A DNA stretch of 44,826 nucleotides from Dehalococcoidia bacterium (GTDB taxonomy: Bacteria > Chloroflexota > Dehalococcoidia > DATDQG01). Under the pieces are notes generated by a model. That model did not search any database, was not told where the DNA came from, and saw nothing but the letters and a program-made list of their open reading frames with translations. The stretch spans positions 1 through 44,826 of the forward strand of contig DATDQG010000144.1 in the NCBI GenBank assembly GCA_035292365.1, written 5' to 3'. Position numbers and translations under genes: made by a program. The number at the start of each line of letters is the position of its first letter. Within the stretch, counting starts at the first letter, position 1. Below, one piece after another: positions 36,601 to 44,826 of this stretch.

Positions 36601-36980
36601 ATGTCGCACAGGCGCCGAGCGATCACGACAGAGGCGCCAAAGTAGTCATCATCCGTGCGGATGGGTTCGCCCGCGTGGAGACCAACCCGTACTCTCAGGG
36701 GAGGATGGCTCTCGCGACGGTTGTGCCGGTTGGTCGCCTGCTGCATGGCCACGGCCGCCGCGACTGCGCTGAGAGCGCTGGGGAAAGCGACCATCAGGCC
36801 ATCGCCGAGGCTCTTCACTTCCGTTCCGCCGTGGGCAGCAACGGCGTGCCGGAGGAGCTCGAAGTGCGTGCGCCATAAGCTCTGGGCGGCGTCGTCACCG
36901 AGGCGCTCGAGGATCTCGGTCGAGCCGGAGAGGTCGGTGAAGAGAAAGGTGACCGTTGTTGCGGTCGTCATTCGCGCCAT
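33591..36980 (-). CDS. Class III nucleotide cyclase domain fused to an AAA_16/STAND-type ATPase and a long TPR-like C-terminal region
   Basis: 1129 aa. The cyclase motifs are VTFLFTDLSGST, VKSLGDGLMVAF, VGLHAGEP and DDDYFGASVVIARRL. Walker A is VVLLAGEPGVGKTRLLLEAAE and Walker B-like is LLLCLEDLHWADDS. About 600 aa of helical repeats follow. I saw no C-terminal HTH. Confidence 0.9.
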   Translation of the reverse strand: MARMTTATTVTFLFTDLSGSTEILERLGDDAAQSLWRTHFELLRHAVAAHGGTEVKSLGDGLMVAFPSALSAVAAAVAMQQATNRHNRRESHPPLRVRVGLHAGEPIRTDDDYFGASVVIARRLCDIAASDGIYVSSIVRGLIGNRGGFKFRDLGPLPLKGLSEPVSAVEVLWEPAVDEDEPLVTPATLSDAVTAPVFLTALQSGRRVALVGRESELATLRQRLDAEDGGGGVVLLAGEPGVGKTRLLLEAAEHAQNNGWQVLIGHAYDSEGMPPYLPFEEAISGIVRATPNTKLHAEIVEAAPEIALLIPELRDRVQRAAPRPSLGPEGDRYRLFEGVAQVLGDIARSSPRGLLLCLEDLHWADDSTLSLLEHIARQLADIRVLIAVTYRDTELETSRSLARTLEQIARQGSVLRLDIERLVHEEVGALLAKLGGPEPPASLIEAVYAETEGNPFFVREVFEYLQEEGRLLDTSGRWRVDLHIAESDVPPSVRLVISRRLERVSERCRRTLSLAALIGRSFDYELLRVVSDLGNEALLDALDEAERAHLLESTTAGLTFAHELVRQTLVNSLTQPRRQNIHLRIAQTMEAIYARNLAPYVSELAGHFRLAGNSADANKTIAYCVRAAGAAQALFAYADAVSNLEAALAAQERAQLEDASQKCDLLLQLGEALMPAGEPRRAVEVATQALALAEAPGDSKAGTASDPERGARACRVAIMAMYRYGGSVMWGTPEWAQWAQCADRYAAEGTVDRVYADYALAAFEHNPGRFRAWRAQRERALSLARRLDQADPLFLAAWLFISFDGAPQHQAERRHLVEELAARPKEGVNTRTLCSVLAVGGDTFLGWGDRDRAEALWHQVSDLAARTRDPFARLYSLWGEVAARLLAGEFERAVELGDALESRGADYGMAVMGRVIADSLVWRPRLYLGRFEEALAALGEPGRLAVAPEALYLAAKRVLTLAHLGRAEEARTALGQVVEKLEGALGEEDETPAFMLLYLLEAAVLLEERALVEAFAARLSSLAHLAGTHSHNMTCFGRHLGAAAALLGKPEEARGYYAQALDVATKIRFRPEIALTRLQLAELLLEHYPEERAEALDHLDFAIAEFREMKMAPSLERASAMRSKVLEGT

Positions 36981-37021
36981 TTGGGAGGTCGTCCGAGTCT
37001 ATGAAGTGGGGTAATAATGAG

Positions 37022-37300
37022 CTGGCCCAAGTCTTAGAGCGTGAGGATGTTGGAATGCGTGAGGCGGGCGAGCGCCTGAGCCTCGCGCAGGAAACGGGCC
37101 GACACCTGCTGACTCGCGATGAACTGCGGCAGGATGGTCTTGATGGCCACGATGCGGCCAAGCCGTGTGTCCCGCGCTCGGTAGACGGCGCCCATGCCGT
37201 CTTGTCCGAGCGTGCCCAGCACCTCGTAGCGGCCGGCGATGATGGTGGGAGGGACAGCGTCGGCGATGGCGGCAGCCTCCGTTGCCTTTCGCGGTTTTGC
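37022..37300 (-). pseudogene. Remnant of a Hanks-type Ser/Thr protein kinase (N-terminal subdomains I-III only)
   Basis: The frame is open from 37300 and reads ...PPTIIAGRYEVLGTLGQDGMGAVYRARDTRLGRIVAIKTILPQ...FLREAQALARLTHSNILTL, then TAA (37034-37036), then DLGQ. There is no ATG upstream of the Gly-loop, and no kinase catalytic core follows because the cyclase gene starts at 36980. Confidence 0.7.
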
Positions 37301-37397
37301 CTACGTAAGTGCGGTAATCCTCCCGCCTAGCCGAACGATTGTCAACCCGCGGAGCGGGCCCGTCCAACCGAACTCAGCGAACTGCGGTGGCTTGCCC

Positions 37398-37847
37398 CTA
37401 CCCCCTCGCCGCCTCTTTGAAGGCCAGCGTCTCGGTCGGCCAGCCCTCGCTCGCCGCGCGGACGATCAGGTCGCGCACGGGCAGGGGCCGCAGGTCCAGC
37501 GAGGCTAGGGCGTCGAGGGGCAGCAGAACCGCCTGGTCGTCGCTGGGGCCGAACGCGCCACCCACCACCTCGGCCAGATAATAGCGCTGCGCTTGCGGTC
37601 CCCTCTGCACAGTGGCCAATAATCTGCCGACCTGCACGGTGAGGCCTGTCTCCTCCTGGAACTCACGTACGACGGTCTCCTCGGGCCGCTCGCCGTTCTC
37701 CACCCGGCCGCCGGGGATCAGGAAGTAGTGTTCCCCGCCCGCCCAGCGGCGTTCGATGGCGACGAGCTGACCGCCGTGAAAGACGACCGCGCCCGCGCGG
37801 AGAGATGAAGGGGGCTTGCGGCTAAGCCGGCTCCTCGCCGTCTCCAT
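37398..37847 (-). CDS. Nudix hydrolase
   Basis: 149 aa from ATG 37847. The Nudix box is GGRVENGERPEETVVREFQEETGL. It overlaps the HNH gene 3' end by 26 nt, and the start is somewhat uncertain. Confidence 0.8.
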   Translation of the reverse strand: METARSRLSRKPPSSLRAGAVVFHGGQLVAIERRWAGGEHYFLIPGGRVENGERPEETVVREFQEETGLTVQVGRLLATVQRGPQAQRYYLAEVVGGAFGPSDDQAVLLPLDALASLDLRPLPVRDLIVRAASEGWPTETLAFKEAARG

Positions 37848-38400
37848 AGAACCAGGTGGGGGCCGCGAGGCGTTCGCTGCCCGGGATAAACTTGAGCCAT
37901 TCCTGATGGCGCGGCAGGTAGTCGTGGAACAGGAAGACGTACGTCGACTGAGGAGGCCGCGGCGGTCGCAACAGCCGCATGCGCGCCTCCGCCGGTGTGC
38001 GTCCCGCCTTGCGGTGATTGCACGTCTTGCAGGCGCTGACCAGGTTCTCCCACGAGTGCCCTCCGCCAAGACGACGGGGGGTCACGTGGTCCAGGGTCAG
38101 GTCTCTCACGCGGTGCCCGCAGTACTGGCACGTGAAGTCATCGCGGGCGAACACCTCGCGCCGGTTCAGTCGCACCTGCGGGCGGGGTCGATGGATAATG
38201 TAGACGAGGCGGATAACCGATGGGAATGGATATACCATGGCGACGGTGTGGAAGGCGCCGGCCCCTTCCTCGAGGACCTCCGCCTTTCCCCGCGATACCA
38301 GTACGACTGCCCGTCGCGCGTTGCAGACATGAAGCGGCTCGTAGTTATGGTTCAGCACCAGCACTGGTGCATGTGTTAGCCGGACCGGCCCATCCTCCAT
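37822..38400 (-). CDS. HNH endonuclease family protein
   Basis: 192 aa from ATG 38400. CQYCGHRVRDLTLDHVTPRRLGGGHSWENLVSACKTCNHRK is an HNH motif with a CxxC...CxxC zinc finger. The ORF-track extension to 38646 overlaps cvpA. Confidence 0.85.
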   Translation of the reverse strand: MEDGPVRLTHAPVLVLNHNYEPLHVCNARRAVVLVSRGKAEVLEEGAGAFHTVAMVYPFPSVIRLVYIIHRPRPQVRLNRREVFARDDFTCQYCGHRVRDLTLDHVTPRRLGGGHSWENLVSACKTCNHRKAGRTPAEARMRLLRPPRPPQSTYVFLFHDYLPRHQEWLKFIPGSERLAAPTWFYGDGEEPA

Positions 38401-38429
38401 AGGCGTAGCCTCTTCCAACCTACCGAGCC

Positions 38430-38933
38430 TCAAGTCGCGAGCAGGTCGCGGGCGGCGTCGAAGTCCGCCGGCAACAGGCCGAAGACCACTGGAGCATACT
38501 TTAACAGGGCCGGCGCCAAGAGGGAAGCGCGGAGCGTCTGCTGCACCTCGTCCGAAGGCAGGCGCAACAACAGGACCAGCGCAATCTCGACGATCAGGAT
38601 CCCCTTTGCCAGGCCGAAGGCGGCCCCGCCCAGCTTGTCGAGCCACCCGAGGAACAGCAGGCCTACGATGCGCTGCAGCACGGCCGCCACGACGTGTGCT
38701 GCCACGGTGATCGCCAGGAAGATGCCGGCGAAGGCCGTGATCCCGCCCAGAACATCACCAAAGCGCTCGAAAAGACCCCACTGCTCCGCTATTGCCGCGT
38801 AATAGCGGCCTCCAAGCACCACTCCCACGATCAGGCCTATCAAGGACAGCACCTCACGCAGCAGTCCTGCGAGCATGCTGGTGACGACGAACCAGCCCAG
38901 CACTACCAGGATGGCAATGTCTGGCCAGGTCAC
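38430..38933 (-). CDS. cvpA: CvpA-family membrane protein
   Basis: 167 aa with four hydrophobic helices and the N-terminus MTWPDIAILVVLGWFVVTSMLAGLLRE. It lies directly downstream of lon. Confidence 0.83.
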   Translation of the reverse strand: MTWPDIAILVVLGWFVVTSMLAGLLREVLSLIGLIVGVVLGGRYYAAIAEQWGLFERFGDVLGGITAFAGIFLAITVAAHVVAAVLQRIVGLLFLGWLDKLGGAAFGLAKGILIVEIALVLLLRLPSDEVQQTLRASLLAPALLKYAPVVFGLLPADFDAARDLLAT

Positions 38934-38936
38934 GGG

Positions 38937-41321
<2,385 letters not shown>

Positions 41322-41379
41322 TCAGCGCTTCCTTATCTCTCGTGACGGTTGCACGAGACTTTCTTCTTATTATAGAACA

Positions 41380-41428
41380 CTCAGAGCCATCAGCGGGCCC
41401 CTTTTGTCCCCAGATTGGTGGCTCTGAG
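41380..41428 (-). promoter_or_regulatory. Inverted repeat in the TPM-lon intergenic region (terminator and/or lon regulatory element), next to a TATAAT box
   Basis: ctcagagcca (41380-41389) pairs with tggctctgag (41419-41428) and can be extended by about 3 more pairs. On the minus strand it is followed by TATAAT (41374-41369), 48 nt upstream of the lon ATG. Confidence 0.3.
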
Positions 41429-41514
41429 CCCTCCGAGGGGTGTTCCCGGTGGTTTCTTGGCGATTCCTCTTGCTTGTGAGTAACAGAGCGGCCAGTGATG
41501 TTGGGAGTGCGAAC

Positions 41515-43749
41515 CTACCAGCCCGTTGACCCGCCTCCTCCGCCACCGGAGCCGCCAAAGCCGCTAGAGCCTCCTCCTCCGCCGAAGCCGCCACCTACGG
41601 CGCCCCACCAACCGCCGCCCGGACTGGACCCACCAACCCCGTAAGCCCTGCCGAAGGTCTCGTCGACGTCGGCGGTAGCCTCTTTGTAGGCTGTCTCAGC
41701 GGCCTCTTCCGCCAGCGCTGCTTCCGCAATCTGGGCCGCAGGGTCTGTCCGCGTGAGGGCTTGGGCCAAGAGCTGACGCGCGCGGAGCACGTACGCCTTC
41801 GGGGATTCTCCGGCGTCGCGCTGGTGGTCCTCGATGTACTCTTCCGCCTTCGACACGGCCGCACGAGCACTCCTGACCGCGCTGGCGGCTCGGGCCCGTA
41901 GGCGATCCGCCGCTTCGTGCTCGGTTTGCGCCTCCGCCAGCACCTTGTCTGCGGCAGCATTAGTCTCCTTGGCCATTCTGACGACCTTGAGGTAATCGGG
42001 CGTGACCTCGAGCAGCGCAGCCCGAGCCTGCTCTAGCGTAGCTTGCGCGAGGCGCAAGTCGTCTTCGAGGCTCTCACGGATGTCGTCATCGTACTCGTGG
42101 ACGTACTCCCAGGCCTTCGTGATATCCGCCTGCGCGGCTTGGATCTCCGGCTCGCTATCGCGTCGCGCCGCTTCAAGACTGCCTTTCAGAGCGCTAATGG
42201 ACCGCATCAACGACTCCGCCTCGTCGAGGTAATCATTGGCCTGCCCTATGGCCTCCTCTGCCTGCTGCCACTCTTGTCGCTCCATGGTCGATGCCGCGTT
42301 GGCCGCCTCCAGCAGCGCCAGTGACCGATTGACCCTGTTCGTCGCCTCGGTGCCGTTTCCGCGAATGGACTCCCAGCTCGACTCGGCGTGGGCGGCGCTG
42401 ATCTCGTCGAAGAGCGCTTTGCCCGCGACGATGGCGGACTTGACCTGCTCGATCCTGACCACGAGCGCGGGGATTGCCCTCTCCAGTTGCTCCTTACGCT
42501 TCGGGAGCGATTCCGCCAGCGCGACCGCCTCGCGGATATTGCGCTCTGCCTGGATCACCAGGCCTTCGGCCTCAGGCAGCTCTCGCCGCTCCAGGCCCGC
42601 CATGGCCCGCCTCAGGCCCTCCTCCCCCTTCGCAAGGATGGCGTCGGGGTCGGCTGGCTTGAAGCCTCGTTCCGCCAGCGCGGCCGTTCGCTTTTCGCCT
42701 TCTTCCAGACTGGCTCGAGCGGAGGCTATCGTGGTCGGCAAGTCCCGAATCAGCCCTTCCAACTTCGTGACCTGCTGGTTGAGATCGTTGACACGGTCGC
42801 TCACCTGTTGGAGCACGTCCAGAACGTCTTGCGTGTACGCCCGCTCGATGGCGTCGTACTCGGCAAGGCTGAGCCCGCCGCGGTCCGGGTTGGTCGTCGC
42901 GCTCTCGAGGTCTCCATGGGCCAGTGTGGCCCTGTTCATGAGCGCATGAGCCTCGGCGAACCGGCTGCGCAGCAGTGCGGCCCCGTCCTCGGAGATTTTG
43001 CCGTCAAGGCTGCGGATTCCCAGGTCGAGCGCCTGCAGGGCTTGGTTCAGCTCGACGATCCGCGGGATGGCGCGCTGTTTGGCCAGCCGCGCCCGCTGCT
43101 GCGCAGCGCGGCGCGCCGCCTGCGCGTTCACGACGGTCCGGAGGAAACTAGATAAGAAGTACAACCCAACTCCCACAGCCACTAGTCCCACGACGAGCGT
43201 CAGCACCCGCCAGAGGCCGGTCAGGTCGGTGGCCTGGGATGGTGGGGGATGGAGTTGGAGGTCCACGAGCCGCTGGATCTCACGCAGACCGCTGACGAAC
43301 CCGCCGGCGAAGTCGCCATCGCGGAAGCGCGGGTTCATGAAGTCCGTCTGGATCCGCGTCCAGTTTGCTCCCAGGGTGCGCTCCCACTGGCTGCCGTAGT
43401 ACAGGCCGGTCCTGCGCTCCTGGACAGCTACCATCAATACGATGAGGTTGTTCTTCCGGCCGCCGTCGGGCGCTTTCCACGACGGACAGCCCTGCTCCAT
43501 TTGCAGTGCATAGCTGTCGAGGGTCGCTGAGGACCCGTAGGTCTGGATCGTTCGGACGCGTACGTCGCCCCCGGCCGCGACGAGCCTCTGCGCCTCCGTC
43601 TCCACTTCCGACACCCTGCTGCCGAAGGCGCCGGCGTCGTCGAGGACCAGCTCGTCGCAGGGACCTGCTGCCCGTGCCGTTGCGACCGGTCCCGCCAACA
43701 CGGCGAGGAGCGCCAGGGTCGCGATGGCTGTTTTCTGGTAGCGATTCAT
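41515..43749 (-). CDS. TPM-domain (TLP18.3/Psb32/MOLO-1; YgcG-like) membrane protein with a long coiled-coil insertion and Gly-rich tail
   Basis: 744 aa. In order: signal peptide; TPM-like domain (LVLDDAGAF...NNLIVLMVAVQERRTGLYYGSQWE...DFAGGFVSGL); TM helix (LWRVLTLVVGLVAVGVGLYFL); about 480 aa of Ala/Glu/Arg-rich helical sequence; C-terminal GGGFGGGGGSSGFGGSGGGGGGSTGW. Confidence 0.85.
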   Translation of the reverse strand: MNRYQKTAIATLALLAVLAGPVATARAAGPCDELVLDDAGAFGSRVSEVETEAQRLVAAGGDVRVRTIQTYGSSATLDSYALQMEQGCPSWKAPDGGRKNNLIVLMVAVQERRTGLYYGSQWERTLGANWTRIQTDFMNPRFRDGDFAGGFVSGLREIQRLVDLQLHPPPSQATDLTGLWRVLTLVVGLVAVGVGLYFLSSFLRTVVNAQAARRAAQQRARLAKQRAIPRIVELNQALQALDLGIRSLDGKISEDGAALLRSRFAEAHALMNRATLAHGDLESATTNPDRGGLSLAEYDAIERAYTQDVLDVLQQVSDRVNDLNQQVTKLEGLIRDLPTTIASARASLEEGEKRTAALAERGFKPADPDAILAKGEEGLRRAMAGLERRELPEAEGLVIQAERNIREAVALAESLPKRKEQLERAIPALVVRIEQVKSAIVAGKALFDEISAAHAESSWESIRGNGTEATNRVNRSLALLEAANAASTMERQEWQQAEEAIGQANDYLDEAESLMRSISALKGSLEAARRDSEPEIQAAQADITKAWEYVHEYDDDIRESLEDDLRLAQATLEQARAALLEVTPDYLKVVRMAKETNAAADKVLAEAQTEHEAADRLRARAASAVRSARAAVSKAEEYIEDHQRDAGESPKAYVLRARQLLAQALTRTDPAAQIAEAALAEEAAETAYKEATADVDETFGRAYGVGGSSPGGGWWGAVGGGFGGGGGSSGFGGSGGGGGGSTGW

Positions 43750-43794
43750 TCGTCGTGGTCTGGTCGACGCTTCTGGCCCGCTCTTAGGCGCTGC

Positions 43795-44247
43795 TCAGCC
43801 GTGGACGGGTCGAGACGCCCCTTCATGCACGAGATTCACAAACTCATGATAGTCCCTAATGTAGTCGCCCTCGTCGTAATAATCGTTGGCGAGGACCAGG
43901 ATCACGCAGTCGTCTGAGAAATTGGTCATCGTGTGCCACAGCTTGGGGCCGAGGCGGATGCCGTAGTAGGGGCTGCTGAGCGAGATCGTTTGCCTCGTGT
44001 ACCCGTCGTCCAACGCCAGGTCAAAGCTCCCATGAACGCAAAAGATGAGTTGTTCCAGTTTCTTGTGGGCGTGCTTACCGCGTACCGCCGCCGCGTTCTC
44101 GAGGTCGGTGATGTAGTAAACACGCTTGATCTCAAACGGAACGGTCCTGTCGCCCTCGGCGATCACCAGCTTCCCATCCTTGCCGTCATCAAAGAACTGC
44201 AAAAGTACGACGCCGGAATTCACGACTTGGATTGCCGGTGATTCCAT
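43795..44247 (-). CDS. FdtA/QdtA/WxcM-like sugar 3,4-ketoisomerase (cupin)
   Basis: 150 aa from ATG 44247 (AGGAG 8 nt upstream). PFEIKRVYYITDLENAAAVRGKHAHKKLEQLIFCVHGSFDLALDDG is typical of the FdtA cupin family. Confidence 0.8.
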   Translation of the reverse strand: MESPAIQVVNSGVVLLQFFDDGKDGKLVIAEGDRTVPFEIKRVYYITDLENAAAVRGKHAHKKLEQLIFCVHGSFDLALDDGYTRQTISLSSPYYGIRLGPKLWHTMTNFSDDCVILVLANDYYDEGDYIRDYHEFVNLVHEGASRPVHG

Positions 44248-44307
44248 CCGATTCGCTCCTGACGCCAGAATAGAGGTAACTTTCCAGCCAGTGGCTCGGT
44301 GTGCCAA

Positions 44308-44826
44308 CTAAGGAACGGTGCCGAGCCGCTCCCAGGCCTCTCGTTCCACGACGCGGTAGACCTCCTGCAGCGACAGCCGCCTCTCGACGGCGATCCGCCG
44401 GCAGTCGTCGTACTCTGGGGCGATCTGAAGGACCGCTTCGCCGCGACGCTTCACCTTCACCCCGACAGGCCCGAGGCTCGACTCGAAGCGGAGCGCTTCT
44501 CGCTGCGCCTCGTGGCGCGACACCGGCTGCACCCGCAGGCCCAGGGTGCTGGTCTCGCGCAGCAGCACGTCCGCGACGGCCCCTTCGAGCGCAGTCCGGG
44601 CAAGCACGCTGAGCATCGTGGCCGGTCGGTTCTTCTTCATCTGGATGGGCGTGAACCAGACGTCGAGGGCGCCGGCCGCGAAGAGCTGCTCCATCACGTA
44701 GCCGTAGTGCTCTGGGTTCATGTCGTCGATGTTCGTCTCAAAAAGGAGCAGGCCGTCGGCGGGCGTCGCCTCCTTCTCGCCAAGCCAGAGGCGGAGCGCG
44801 TTCGGGAGCCCCGGCACGTCGCGGGA
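44308..44826 (-). CDS. larC: LarC-family nickel insertion protein (DUF111), C-terminal part; the gene continues beyond the window
   Basis: ETNIDDMNPEHYGYVMEQLFAAGALDVWFTPIQMKKNRPATMLSVL...TSTLGLRV is characteristic of LarC/UPF0272. The reading frame stays open to the window edge. Confidence 0.85.
   Translation of the reverse strand, partial: SRDVPGLPNALRLWLGEKEATPADGLLLFETNIDDMNPEHYGYVMEQLFAAGALDVWFTPIQMKKNRPATMLSVLARTALEGAVADVLLRETSTLGLRVQPVSRHEAQREALRFESSLGPVGVKVKRRGEAVLQIAPEYDDCRRIAVERRLSLQEVYRVVEREAWERLGTVP

Overview
This is a GC-rich bacterial chromosomal window: about 66% G+C in a hand-counted sample, not computed globally. I found no rRNA, tRNA, CRISPR array, transposase or integrase. 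Gene content and style suggest a Chloroflexota (Thermomicrobia-like) or similar high-GC lineage; that is inference only. Most of the window is housekeeping: trxB-trxA, plsX, fmt, gatB, a yvcK-like gene, secG, pdxS/pdxT, tmk, pheA, cvpA-lon and partial larC. The accessory or unusual content is: (1) a tightly coupled six-gene envelope-glycan operon at 6022-14013, made of a Gmad2-like lipoprotein, two GT4 enzymes, a membrane-anchored clan GH-A hydrolase, a GT-C/GT39-like transferase and a GT2; (2) a low-GC hicB-hicA toxin-antitoxin cassette inserted exactly between pdxS and pdxT; (3) a 1129-aa nucleotide cyclase-STAND ATPase-TPR protein next to a decayed Ser/Thr kinase remnant and an overlapping HNH/Nudix gene pair; (4) a tandem HD-GYP + LuxR-HTH regulator; (5) a TPM-domain protein with a roughly 450-aa coiled-coil insertion; (6) an intergenic patch of short repeats that includes a ghost copy of the cyclase gene 3' end; (7) a perfect 138-bp palindrome touching the left window edge, most likely an assembly fold-back; (8) a tmk gene with no ATG/GTG/TTG start. 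No single locus is demonstrably a new system from sequence alone. The best candidates are ranked in the findings with caveats.
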